Part shown: piece by piece, positions 20,595-30,400 of the stretch
Layout: each line of letters begins with the position of its first letter
How positions within the stretch are numbered: the stretch's first letter is position 1
Source of the DNA: Sphingomicrobium sp.
GTDB taxonomy: Bacteria > Pseudomonadota > Alphaproteobacteria > Sphingomonadales > Sphingomonadaceae
Direction of reading: 5' to 3'
Assembly: GCA_039925985.1 (NCBI GenBank)
Contig: JBDSXT010000002.1
Coordinates: 2,945-66,944, forward strand
Length of the DNA stretch: 64,000 nt
The notes under the pieces: generated by a model
What the model was told of the DNA's origin: nothing
The model's input: the letters and a program-made list of their open reading frames with translations, nothing else
Database searches by the model: none
Made by a program: the position numbers and the translations under genes

Positions 20595-21085
20595 TTGTTA
20601 CCGCGGAGCTTGGCGCGGCCGACCTCGCCTGGCTCGATGGCTTGCGGCGAAAGCACTATCCGCCCGAACGCAACCAGCTTGCGGCCCACCTGACGATGTT
20701 CCACGCGGTCGCGCCGTCCGCCGAGACCGAACTGCGCAGCCGTTTGGCGAAACTCGCTGCCGGCTCCCGGCCAGTGGCAAGCATTGCCGGCGTTATGAAC
20801 CTTGGCGGCGGCATTGCCCTGCGCGTCGTTTCCGACGATCTCGACCGGCTGCGCCGCGCGCTTGCCGAAGACCTTCACGGACTGCTCGGCGCGCAGGACT
20901 CGAGCGGCTGGCGCCCCCATGTCACTATCCAGAACAAGGTGTCCGCTAGCGTCGCTCGCGACCTGATGCAGTTGATCGAGCAGGATTTCGAAGTGAAGCC
21001 GTTGCGGATCGCGGGGCTCGGGCTCCACCGCTATCTCGGCGGCTCGTGGGAGATGCTTGGCAGTTATCGGTTCCGCGGCGTCTAG
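20579..21085 (+). CDS. 2'-5' RNA ligase / 2H phosphoesterase family protein
   Basis: Two HxT motifs (AHLTMF, PHVTIQ). Confidence 0.85.
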   Translation: MAGALIVTAELGAADLAWLDGLRRKHYPPERNQLAAHLTMFHAVAPSAETELRSRLAKLAAGSRPVASIAGVMNLGGGIALRVVSDDLDRLRRALAEDLHGLLGAQDSSGWRPHVTIQNKVSASVARDLMQLIEQDFEVKPLRIAGLGLHRYLGGSWEMLGSYRFRGV

Positions 21086-21507
21086 CTGACGTCGCCGACC
21101 CCGACGCAGCTCAGTTCGAACGCCGCCAGCCCGGCCTCGAGCACCGAAGCCAGCATAGGCATGTCCATCAGCTCGTCGATCGCGACGTTGCTGCCGGTGG
21201 CGACGAGCGCCGTGCTTTCTTCCATCGCTTCGTCCCAGTCGGCGGCGTCATAGGTGCCTTGCCCGACCCAGCAAAAAGCGACGACTTCGGCCAATTGGTC
21301 CTCGCCAAGGTCGTCGAGGATCGCGCGCAATTCCTCCTCGACACTGTCGTTGAGCGTATCGTCGAGCACCGACAAGGCGCCTTCATCCTCGTCGCCGACA
21401 TTGTCCGGGGCTTCGTTGCCGTCATAGTCGCTCGGCGTTTGCGCTTCATATTCGCGGGCCCGAAGTATGATTCGGCACAGCGTGTCGAGCGGGGTCAACG
21501 GGTCCAT
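21082..21507 (-). CDS. DUF3775-like acidic protein
   Basis: IILRAREY...EVVAFCWVGQGTY..DWDEA..MPMLASVLEAGL pattern. Confidence 0.75.
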   Translation of the reverse strand: MDPLTPLDTLCRIILRAREYEAQTPSDYDGNEAPDNVGDEDEGALSVLDDTLNDSVEEELRAILDDLGEDQLAEVVAFCWVGQGTYDAADWDEAMEESTALVATGSNVAIDELMDMPMLASVLEAGLAAFELSCVGVGDVS

Positions 21508-21534
21508 TCGCGGCGTCTCCAGTCTGACCGGCTT

Positions 21535-21559
21535 AACGAGACCAGCGTCCTGCGGTTCC
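21535..21559 (-). promoter_or_regulatory. Sigma-EcfG promoter of the DUF3775 gene
   Basis: Perfect GGAAC-N16-CGTT, followed by a GGAG SD and the ATG. Confidence 0.75.
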
Positions 21560-21675
21560 TCTCGTTGACCGCCTCGATGCCGCCACCTATATCCGCCGCC
21601 GCTCCCGCTCGTACGGAAGCCATGGATTGCCCTTCATAAAATCCGCGGTTTTCATCCGCTGTGGACAAGGTTTGG

Positions 21676-21752
21676 GGCGGAGTAGCTCAGCTGGTTAGAG
21701 CAGCGGAATCATAATCCGCGTGTCGGGGGTTCAAGTCCCTCCTCCGCTACCA
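21676..21752 (+). tRNA. tRNA-Met (CAT), probably elongator
   Basis: Cloverleaf; GCGGA-ATCATAA-TCCGC anticodon arm; no GGG/CCC initiator stem; CCA end. Confidence 0.93.
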
Positions 21753-22033
21753 ACACTCTCAACCTGCCGGCCCGGGGTCTGCGATACGGCGCTGATGAAG
21801 CGGGCGCCCGAGCGGTCCATGAATGACCAGCGGATTTGCGCGACATGGGTGCCCACGCGCGGGATCGTCACCTGGATGAGTTCGCCGATCGGGAAACTCC
21901 CGGTCAGGCAGCAGCCCTCGAGCGACAGGTCGCTCACTCGCGACTCAACGACGCTGCCGTCGCTGCGCGCAACGGCGGCTTCGAGCTGCACGGCATGACG
22001 CCGCCGGCGTTCAGGCCAGCTTCCACTTTTCAT
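21731..22033 (-). CDS. Single-domain PilZ protein
   Basis: RRRRH and DLSLEG (RxxxR / DxSxxG) c-di-GMP-binding motifs. Confidence 0.75.
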   Translation of the reverse strand: MKSGSWPERRRRHAVQLEAAVARSDGSVVESRVSDLSLEGCCLTGSFPIGELIQVTIPRVGTHVAQIRWSFMDRSGARFISAVSQTPGRQVESVGSGGGT

Positions 22034-22120
22034 CGGTCCACGTGGGAAAGTTAACGTGGATAAATTGAAGGAAGTTTGACGCTAATGGTTAAGAGGAACG
22101 GCCGGCGGGGGGTCTCCGGC

Positions 22121-22162
22121 AAAAGAAAACGCCCGGGCCGATGTGGGCGCCCGAGCGTCTTC
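22121..22162 (-). terminator. Rho-independent terminator of the WGxxGxxG genes
   Basis: GACGCTCGGGC...GCCCGGGCGTTTTCTTTT on the minus strand. Confidence 0.7.
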
Positions 22163-22184
22163 AGCTAAACAATAGATGAGGCGA

Positions 22185-22499
22185 TTAGCCTCGCTTGCGG
22201 CCCATCAATCCGACCAGGCCAAGCAATCCGAGAACGCCCCAGGGAAAGCTCTTTTTCTCGACCGGCGCGGTATCGGTATACGTCGTATCGACCGGCTGAT
22301 CGGCGGCGGGCATCGCATTCATGTCATTGGCGACGCCAGTGGTCATCGCATCGGTTGCGCCATTGTCGGTCATGGCGGCGTCATTGCCGACCGGTGCGGC
22401 GACGTCCGCGCCATTGGCAACATTGTCGGTGGTCTGGGCGACCGCCGGTGCGGCCGAGGTCAGCGCAACCGCGATTATCAACGGATATATATTCCGCAT
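22185..22499 (-). CDS. Small exported protein with WGxxGxxG C-terminal anchor
   Basis: Signal peptide, D/T/A/N-rich linker, FPWGVLGLLGLVGLMGRKRG. Confidence 0.8.
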   Translation of the reverse strand: MRNIYPLIIAVALTSAAPAVAQTTDNVANGADVAAPVGNDAAMTDNGATDAMTTGVANDMNAMPAADQPVDTTYTDTAPVEKKSFPWGVLGLLGLVGLMGRKRG

Positions 22500-22522
22500 T
22501 GCAAAGCTCCTTTTGGAAATGG

Positions 22523-22747
22523 TCAAATGGGATCGTCCGTGTAACCGTCATTGTCGCTCGGGCGCCAAAGGCCAAAGGCCCCCGCTAGGCCGAACAGGCC
22601 AAGCACGTTCCAAATCGTGTCGTAGTCCAGGGCGTGGTGCTTGCGCTGCTCCGTTTCGGTCTGGACTCCGCCGGAATCCTGCGCCGCGGCGGGCGCACTG
22701 AACAAGATGGCCGCCGCGAAAATCATGGCTTTGCGTCGTGAATGCAT
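22523..22747 (-). CDS. Small exported protein with WGxxGxxG-like segment
   Basis: SD AAGGAGG, signal peptide (PAAAQD), IWNVLGLFGLAGAFG. Confidence 0.65.
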   Translation of the reverse strand: MHSRRKAMIFAAAILFSAPAAAQDSGGVQTETEQRKHHALDYDTIWNVLGLFGLAGAFGLWRPSDNDGYTDDPI

Positions 22748-22861
22748 CGTTCCCTCCTTTGCAAGGAGAATTAGCGCCCAATTAGCGGCGTGCATAGCCA
22801 CTCAAAATTAACGAGCAAACTGGGTGAATCGCGCGGTTCGGTGGGTCATGTCGATGCGGAT

Positions 22862-22938
22862 AAAAGCAAACGCCCGGACCGTTTCTGATCCGCCTTGTCC
22901 TCAAGACAAAAGCAAACGCCCGGACCATTGCTGATCCG
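22862..22938. repeat. 31-bp direct repeat (duplicated terminator half)
   Basis: aaaagcaaacgcccggacc(g/a)tt(t/g)ctgatccg at 22862 and 22908, 29/31 identical. Confidence 0.85.
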
Positions 22939-23016
22939 GGCGTCCTGCGTGACGATGTAACTCGTCAGCCCCCTGGGGTCGACGCTAATCCGGATTTCGC
23001 TGATTTGTCACGCACC
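22907..23016 (-). ncRNA. Candidate structured sRNA divergent from proS
   Basis: Closing stem TGCGTGAC/GTCACGCA, internal hairpins, terminator GACGCCCGGA..TCCGGGCGTTTGCTTTT; no credible ORF. Confidence 0.5.
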
Positions 23017-23160
23017 TAGAACATTCTCATTGGTTTTTGTGCACTGGCTGTGGCGGGCCAGCAACAGCGTTTCGAGGGCTCCGCCCCGCATTGCCTTGCT
23101 CACCCTGCCGCCCTACGGGAAGCGCGCCGGCCACCACCACCGCCTAGGGGCTCACCGACT

Positions 23161-24483
23161 TTGCGCGTTTCCCGCTGTTTTCTCCCGGTCCTCAAGGAAA
23201 GCCCAGCGGACGCGCAGATCGTCAGCCACAAGCTGATGTTGCGCGCCGGCCTCGTCCGCCAGACGGCCGCCGGCATCTACGCCTGGCTGCCGATCGGTTT
23301 GAAGGTCCTCAAGAAGATCGAGCAGATCGTCCGCGAGGAGCAGGACCGCTCGGGCGCCATCGAAATGCTGATGCCGACCATCCAGTCGGCCGAACTGTGG
23401 AAGGAAAGCGGCCGCTACGACGCTTACGGTCCCGAAATGCTGCGCATCAAGGACCGCCACGACCGCGAGATGCTCTACGGCCCGACCAACGAAGAGATGC
23501 TTACCGCGATCGTCCGCGACGATCTCAAAAGCTACCGCGACCTGCCGCGCACGCTTTATCACGTCCAGTGGAAGTTCCGCGACGAGGTCCGCCCCCGCTT
23601 TGGCGTCATGCGCGGCCGCGAATTCATGATGAAGGACGCCTACAGCTTCGACCTCGATGAGGCCGGCGCGCGCATCAGCTATTATCGGCAATTGCTCGCC
23701 TATCTGCGCACTTTCCAGCGGATGGGCATCAGGGCAGTACCGATGAAGGCCGCGTCGGGCCCCATCGGCGGCGACCTGTCCCATGAATTCATCGTCCTCG
23801 CCCCGACCGGCGAAAGCGAAGTGTTTTACGACTCGGCCTTCGAGCAGATCGACTGGAACAAGGAACATCTCGATTATACCGACGAGGCCGGGCTCCACGG
23901 CCTGTTCGACCAGATCAGCTCGACCTACGCAGCGACCGACGAGACCCACGACGAGGCTCGTTGGGCCGAACTCCCCGAGGACCGCCGCCGCACCGGGCGC
24001 GGCATCGAGGTCGGCCATATCTTCTATTTCGGCGACAAATATTCGAAGGCCATGGGCCTGACGGTGTCGGGGCAGGACGGGCGGCCGGTTACCCCGATGA
24101 TGGGCAGTTACGGCATCGGCGTCTCGCGGCTGGTCGCGGCGATCATCGAAGCCAGCCACGACGACAACGGGATCATCTGGCCCGAGGCGGTGGCGCCGTG
24201 GACGGTCGGGTTGGTGACCATGCGAGCCGACGACGAGCCGAGCGTCGCCGTCGCTCAGGATCTCTACGACCGCCTGAGGGACGCGGGGATCGACACGCTC
24301 TACGACGATCGCGACGAGCGCGGCGGGGTCAAACTGGGCTCGATGGACCTCATCGGGCTACCCTGGCAGATCATCATCGGTCCGCGCGGCCTCGCCAGCG
24401 GCATCGTCGAGCTCAAAAACCGCCGGAGCGGCGAGAAATTCGAACTGTCTCCCGACGCCGTGGTGGCGAGGCTGGCCTCATGA
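23161..24483 (+). CDS. proS: Proline--tRNA ligase (short alphaproteobacterial type)
   Basis: [41 protein letters not shown]; TTG start inferred. Confidence 0.96.
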   Translation: MRVSRCFLPVLKESPADAQIVSHKLMLRAGLVRQTAAGIYAWLPIGLKVLKKIEQIVREEQDRSGAIEMLMPTIQSAELWKESGRYDAYGPEMLRIKDRHDREMLYGPTNEEMLTAIVRDDLKSYRDLPRTLYHVQWKFRDEVRPRFGVMRGREFMMKDAYSFDLDEAGARISYYRQLLAYLRTFQRMGIRAVPMKAASGPIGGDLSHEFIVLAPTGESEVFYDSAFEQIDWNKEHLDYTDEAGLHGLFDQISSTYAATDETHDEARWAELPEDRRRTGRGIEVGHIFYFGDKYSKAMGLTVSGQDGRPVTPMMGSYGIGVSRLVAAIIEASHDDNGIIWPEAVAPWTVGLVTMRADDEPSVAVAQDLYDRLRDAGIDTLYDDRDERGGVKLGSMDLIGLPWQIIIGPRGLASGIVELKNRRSGEKFELSPDAVVARLAS

Positions 24484-25730
24484 TCCTCAACCGTTACGAG
24501 CGGATGATTGCCAAGCGCTACCTGCTGCCGGGCAAGGGCGAGGGCTTCATCTTTTTGGTCGCCGCGATCAGCCTGGCGGCGGTCGCGCTGGGCGTCGCCG
24601 CGCTCATCATCGTCATGAGTGTCATGAACGGCTTCCGCGCCGAGCTGTTCGACAAGATCGTCGGCTTGAACGGCCATGCGATCGTCCAGGGCTATGATGG
24701 GCGGCTCAGCGATTGGCAGCAGATCGCCGACAGCGCCCGCAAGACCCCGGGCGTCACTTCCGCTTTGCCGCTGATCGAGCAGCCGCTGATGGCGTCGAGC
24801 AACGGCCGCGTCGAGGGCGTGATTGTGCGCGGCATGCGGATCCAGGATTTGCGCGCCAACAGAACGATCAACGATAACGTCAAGTCGGGCGACATGCGCT
24901 CGATTACGCCGGGCAGCGGCAGGGTCGCGCTCGGCTCGCGCCTGGCCGAGGAACTGGGCGCCTATCCCGGCTCCGAGATCAGCCTGATCAGCCCAGAAGG
25001 CCGCTCTACCGTGGTCGGTACCGTCCCCCGGATCGTTTCCTACACCGTCGGCGCCGTCTTCGAGGTCGGGGTCTATGATTATGACAAGGCGTTCGTCGTC
25101 ATGCCCATGCAGGACGCGCAGGCACTGCTCATGCTCGGCGACCAGGTCGGGATGATCGAAATCCAGTCGGCCAACCCCGACAAGGTCGGCGAGATTCTCG
25201 CCCCGCTGCAACCATTGGTCCGCGGCCGCGGCATGATCGTCGACTGGCGGCAGATGAATTCGGCGCTGTTCGAAGCGCTGGAAATCGAGCGGATCGCGAT
25301 GTTCGTCGTGCTGTCGCTGATCGTGCTGGTGGCGGTATTCAACATATTGTCGTCGCTGATCATGCTGGTCCGCGCCAAGACCCGCGACATCGCTATCCTG
25401 CGGACCATGGGGGCGAGCCGGCGCGGCATGATGAAGGTCTTCGTCACGGTCGGCGTGACCATCGGCTCGCTCGGCATCATCCTCGGCCTGATCATCGGCG
25501 CGATCTTTCTGTTTTTCCGCCAGGGCGTGGTCGACGCCATCCAGTTCCTGACCGGTCAGAATCTGTGGGACCCCTCGGTGCGTTTTCTCTCCGAACTCCC
25601 GTCCAAGACCGACCCGTTCGAGGTCACAGCCATCGTCCTGATCGCCCTCATCCTGTCGTTCCTCGCCACCCTCTATCCGGCGTGGAAAGCGGCCAGCACC
25701 GACCCCGTCCAGGTCCTCCGCTATGAGTGA
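24480..25730 (+). CDS. lolE: Lipoprotein-releasing ABC permease (LolC/E family)
   Basis: [35 protein letters not shown]. Confidence 0.93.
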   Translation: MILNRYERMIAKRYLLPGKGEGFIFLVAAISLAAVALGVAALIIVMSVMNGFRAELFDKIVGLNGHAIVQGYDGRLSDWQQIADSARKTPGVTSALPLIEQPLMASSNGRVEGVIVRGMRIQDLRANRTINDNVKSGDMRSITPGSGRVALGSRLAEELGAYPGSEISLISPEGRSTVVGTVPRIVSYTVGAVFEVGVYDYDKAFVVMPMQDAQALLMLGDQVGMIEIQSANPDKVGEILAPLQPLVRGRGMIVDWRQMNSALFEALEIERIAMFVVLSLIVLVAVFNILSSLIMLVRAKTRDIAILRTMGASRRGMMKVFVTVGVTIGSLGIILGLIIGAIFLFFRQGVVDAIQFLTGQNLWDPSVRFLSELPSKTDPFEVTAIVLIALILSFLATLYPAWKAASTDPVQVLRYE

Positions 25731-26445
25731 CGAGCGATCGATGCCGCTCCGCGAGGCCGCGATGCCGGTCCTCCAGACCCGCGGGCTCAAGCGCAGTTTC
25801 ACCCAGGGCGATGTCACCATCGAAGTGTTGCGCGGCGTCGACCTCGAGGTCCAGCCGGGCGAGATCGTCGCGCTGCTCGGCCCATCGGGATCGGGCAAGT
25901 CGACCCTGCTCCAGGCGGTAGGGCTCCTCGAAGGCGGCTTCGAAGGCTCCATCCGGCTCGCCGGCCGTGAGGCGTCGGAGCTCGACAATGACGCCCGCAC
26001 CGAGCTTCGCCGCGAGGCGCTCGGCTTCGTCTATCAATTTCACCATCTGCTGCCCGACTTCGACGCGCGCGAGAACGTCATGCTGCCGGTGTTGATCCGC
26101 GGCGGCGACAAGGAGGCGGCCAAAACCCGCGCCGAACAGGTGCTGACCGCGCTTGGCCTCGGCGCGCGTCTCGATCACCGCCCGTCCAAGCTGTCCGGCG
26201 GTGAGCAGCAGCGCGTCGCCGTCGCCCGCGCGCTCGCCAATCGCCCGCCGCTGGTGTTGGCCGACGAGCCCACCGGCAATCTCGACGAGGCGACCGCCGA
26301 CGTGGTCTTCGCGGAGTTCCTCAAGCTCGTGCGGGACGAGGGCTGCGCGGCGCTGGTCGCGACCCACAACGAGCGCATCGCCGCCAAGATGGACCGCGTG
26401 CTCCGCCTCCACGACGGCCGACTGGAAATTTTGGACCCGACGTAG
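25723..26445 (+). CDS. lolD: Lipoprotein-releasing ABC ATPase LolD
   Basis: [35 protein letters not shown]. Confidence 0.93.
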   Translation: MSDERSMPLREAAMPVLQTRGLKRSFTQGDVTIEVLRGVDLEVQPGEIVALLGPSGSGKSTLLQAVGLLEGGFEGSIRLAGREASELDNDARTELRREALGFVYQFHHLLPDFDARENVMLPVLIRGGDKEAAKTRAEQVLTALGLGARLDHRPSKLSGGEQQRVAVARALANRPPLVLADEPTGNLDEATADVVFAEFLKLVRDEGCAALVATHNERIAAKMDRVLRLHDGRLEILDPT

Positions 26446-26466
26446 CGGCGGCGCGTTAGCCTCCCG

Positions 26467-27387
26467 ATGAAACGCCTCAGCCCAACCGCAATCGCTGTGA
26501 TCGGGGGCGTTCTCGTCCTGCTGCTGGCGCTTTTCCTGTTCACTCGCGGCGGCAATGAGAATGCCGATAAGTTGAGAGACGACCAGATCGCCGCGGGCGC
26601 TGCCTCGGCGGATCCCGAAAAACGCTGCGCCTCGCAAGCCACTTACGACCTCATCAAGCGCGAATTGTTCCGCCGCGCCGGCCAGCTGCGGGGGTCGGAC
26701 CAGGCGACATTCGACAAGCTGACCGCTTACTCGGTGGTGCGGATGGACGCGCCAATGCTCAAGAGCCACGATGAACAACTCGGCGCGGTGACTTGCACCG
26801 GGACCCTCTCGCTCGACCTGCCGCCCGGTGTTGCCGTCGTCGGTGGCCGCCGGACGCTGACCGCCGATATCGAATATACGCTCCAGCACGCCGCCGATTC
26901 GAGCCGCGACGTGCTGATGTTGAACAACGCCGACGCGATCATCACCCCGCTCGCCACCCTCGCCCAGGTCGGTGCGCAGCCGGCAAATTCGCTGGCGCCG
27001 GCCAATACCGCGCCGCTGCCTTCCGACCCGCCCTATACCGCTGAACCGTTGCCGTCGGAGCCCGCCCCGCCGCCGCCGCCGCGGGCCAGCCCAAGGCCGG
27101 CCCCGGCCCCGCAGATCAGCGCCAACCCTAGCTTCAACTGCCGCAATGCGCGCACCCGCGGCGAAATTGCGGTCTGCAACGACGGCGGGCTGGCCGCGCT
27201 CGACCGGCAGATGGCGGCGCAGTTCAATGGCGCGATGTCGCAAGCCGAGGGCGGACAGCGGAGCGCGCTCCTGAACACGCGCAACCGCTTTCTCGCTTAC
27301 CGCGACCGCTGTAACTCCAATGATTGCATCGCCGATTCCTATCGCGGCCGCATGGAGGAAATTCGCGACATCATGTCGGGGCGATAG
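26467..27387 (+). CDS. Membrane-anchored periplasmic protein with LprI-like (lysozyme inhibitor) C-terminal domain
   Basis: N-terminal TM, Pro-rich linker, PSFNC..A.T..EIAVC...RDRC...CI...Y..R. Confidence 0.7.
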   Translation: MKRLSPTAIAVIGGVLVLLLALFLFTRGGNENADKLRDDQIAAGAASADPEKRCASQATYDLIKRELFRRAGQLRGSDQATFDKLTAYSVVRMDAPMLKSHDEQLGAVTCTGTLSLDLPPGVAVVGGRRTLTADIEYTLQHAADSSRDVLMLNNADAIITPLATLAQVGAQPANSLAPANTAPLPSDPPYTAEPLPSEPAPPPPPRASPRPAPAPQISANPSFNCRNARTRGEIAVCNDGGLAALDRQMAAQFNGAMSQAEGGQRSALLNTRNRFLAYRDRCNSNDCIADSYRGRMEEIRDIMSGR

Positions 27388-27413
27388 CGGGGATTGGTCA
27401 GCCGGTAACTAAC

Positions 27414-27422
27414 TGTGGAAAA
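27414..27422 (-). promoter_or_regulatory. Possible DnaA box upstream of dnaE
   Basis: TTTTCCACA matches TTWTNCACA, about 50 nt before the dnaE start. Confidence 0.35.
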
Positions 27423-27470
27423 CGTTGGCCAACGGCTTTCTTCCCCCGACGTAAGCGCCATATTGGCGGC

Positions 27471-30400
27471 GTGACCGCGCCCTACATTCCCTTACGCAAC
27501 CTGTCCTGCTTCACCATGCTCGAAGGGGCGATGGAGCCGAAGACGATCGCCGAGCGCGCGGCGAAGCTCGGCTTCCCGGCGATCGCGCTTGCCGACCGCA
27601 ACGGGCTGTATGCGGCGATGCCGTTCAGCGACGCTTGTTTCGCCAAGGGCGTCCAGCCAATCGTCGGCGCGATGCTGGCCGTTGCCCGCCCGGCCGAGAT
27701 TGGCGGCGGCGGCCTCGATTGGCTGGTGCTGCTGGCCAAGGATGAAGCGGGCTACGCCAACCTCTGCAAGCTGGTTTCCCAAGCGCACCTCGACCGGCCG
27801 CTGGCCGAGGAGCCGCATGTCGCCATGTCCGCGCTGGCCGGCGCCAGCGACGGGCTGATTGCGCTGACCGCGGGTTCGGAAGGCGCGCCCGCCCGGCTGA
27901 TCGCCGACGGCCAGAACGCTAAGGCGCGCTTGTATTTCGACCGGCTCCAGACCTTGTTTCCCGACCGCCTGTACATCGAGCTCAGCCGCCGCGGCGATGC
28001 AGTCGAGGAAGCCGCCGAAAGCACACTGGTCGAGCTCGCCTATGAGCGCGGCCTGCCGCTGGTCGCGACCAACCCCGCGGCTTACACCGACCCGAGCTTC
28101 CACGCCGCGCACGACGCCATGCTATGCATTGCCCATTCCGCCTATCTCGAAAGCGCCGATCGCGTCACCTCGTCGCCCGATGCCTGGCTCAAGGACGGCG
28201 CGGCGATGAACGTGTTGTTCGCCGACCTCCCCGAGGCCATTGCCAACAGCTCGGTGATCGCGCAGCGCTGCGCCATCGCCGCGCCCCAGCGCCCGCCGAT
28301 CCTGCCGCGCCTGTCCGACGACGAGGACGAGACCCTGCGCCGCGATGCCCACGCCGGGCTCGCGGAGCGAATGCGGGGGCGCGCGGACGAGCTCAAGCAA
28401 TACCGCGAACGCCTCGACTTCGAGCTCGAGGTCATCACCGGCATGGGCTTTGCCGGCTACTTTCTGATCGTCGCCGACTTCATCAAATGGGCGAAGGGGG
28501 AGGGGATCCCGGTCGGGCCCGGCCGCGGCTCGGGCGCCGGCTCGGTCACCGCTTGGGCACTGACCATCACCGACCTCGACCCGATTGCATTGAACCTGCT
28601 GTTCGAGCGCTTCTTGAACCCCGAGCGCGTGTCGATGCCCGACTTCGACATCGATTTCTGCGAAACCCACCGCGACGAGGTCATTGCCTATGTCCAGGGC
28701 AAATATGGCCGCGACCGAGTCGCCCAGATCATCACCTTTGGACGTTTGAAAGCTCGCGCCGTCCTCAAGGACACCGCTCGCGTCCTCCAGATGAGCTACG
28801 GCCAGGTCGATCGCCTCGCCAAGCTGATCCCCAGCCACCCGACCGATCCGTGGGACCTCAAGCGCGCGCTAAACGGCGTCACCGAGCTCGCCGCCGAATA
28901 TCGCGACGACGCCGACGTTAGACGTTTGTTCGACCTGGCGATGAAGCTCGAGGGTCTGCCGCGCCATGCCTCGACCCACGCGGCCGGCGTCGTCATCGGC
29001 GACCGCCGCCTCGACGAATTGGTGCCGCTCTACCGCGATCCCCGCTCGGACATGCCGGTCACTCAGTTCGACATGAAATATGTCGAGGCGGCGGGGCTGG
29101 TGAAGTTCGATTTCCTCGGATTGAAGACGTTGTCGGTGCTCAAGCAAGCGCAGCAGATGCTCGCCGGCCAGGGTGTCAACGTCGACCTCGACGCGCTCCC
29201 CTGGGACGATGAGCAAGTCTACGAATTGCTCCAGCGCGGCGACACCGTTGGCGTCTTCCAGCTGGAATCGGAGGGTATGCGGCGGACGCTGTCGGCGGTC
29301 CGCCCGACGGCGTTCGGCGACATCATCGCGCTGGTCGCGCTGTACCGCCCGGGCCCGATGGACAATATCGGCATGTTCGGCGACCGCAAGAATGGCCGCG
29401 TCGCGCTTGCCACCCCGCATCCACTGCTCGAGGAGCTACTCCGCGAGACCTACGGCATCTTCGTCTACCAGGAACAGGTGATGGAGGCGGCCAAGGTGCT
29501 GGCCGGCTTCACGCTTGGCGAGGCCGATTTGCTGCGGCGCGCGATGGGCAAGAAGATCCAGAGCGAGATGGACGCCCAACGCGCGGGCTTCGTCGCCGGT
29601 TGTGAGCGGGTCAACGGCATCCCGCCGCCCAAAGCGAACGAGCTGTTCGACCTCATCGACAAGTTCGCCGGCTACGGCTTCAACAAGAGCCACGCCGCCG
29701 GCTACGCATTGATCGCCTACCAGACCGCCTGGCTCAAAACCCATCACCGCGCCGAATTTTATGCCGCGTCGATGAGCTTCGACATGACCCAGACCGACAA
29801 GCTCGCTTTGTTCGTCGAGGACATGCACCGCGGAGGCGTCGATTGCCTGCCGCCCGACATCAACGCCAGCCGCGCCGACTTCGCCGTCGAAGGGGAGGCG
29901 GTCCGCTACGCTCTTGGCGCGCTCAAGGGCGTCGGCGAAAAAGCCATGGAGGCTTTGGTCGCCGAACGCGAAGCCCACGGCCCTTATCCCACCCTTGAGG
30001 ACTTCGCCGCCCGGATCGACCCGCGCCTGCTCAACAAGCGCCAGATCGAGAGCCTGGTCGGCGCTGGCGCGTTCGACTCGCTGGTCGACGATCGCCCGGC
30101 TCTCTATGCCGCCGCCGAGACCTTACTCGCCCACGCCGTCAGCGCGGCGGACGAGCGGACGAGCGGTCAGGCGGCGCTGTTCGGCGGCGAGGCCAACGCC
30201 GGAGTCGCCCCGATTCGCCTGCCGCGCGACGCCTCGTGGACGCTCGCCCAGCGCATGGCCGCCGAGCACGACGCCTTCGGATTCTACTTCTCCGCCCACC
30301 CGGTCGACTCGCAAAAGCATCTACTGGCCGCGCATGGGGTCAAGACCTTCGCCGAGCTGGCGTCGATCCCGGTCTCGGCAGAGGGCCGGGCAGGGGCAAT

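Noticed and set aside
21622-21639. Micro-ORF MDCPS in the tRNA-Met leader
   Set aside because: Five codons, with no supporting evidence.
22051-22093. CtrA sites upstream of the PilZ gene (TTAAC, TTAACCAT)
   Set aside because: Only half-sites; no correct TTAA-N7-TTAA spacing.
22862-22938. Direct repeats as a mini-CRISPR
   Set aside because: Only two copies, a 15-nt spacer, no cas genes, and they match a terminator.
24300-27243. Long antisense ORFs (24300..26000, 25648..27243; similar ones at 3301..4647, 39156..40598, 44432..46345, 58352..59710)
   Set aside because: Shadow or off-frame ORFs of well-supported genes, typical of high-GC codon bias; no motifs.
27471-27530. Loss of PHP histidines in DnaE as a novel variant
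   Set aside because: Degenerate PHP metal sites are common in proteobacterial DnaE.
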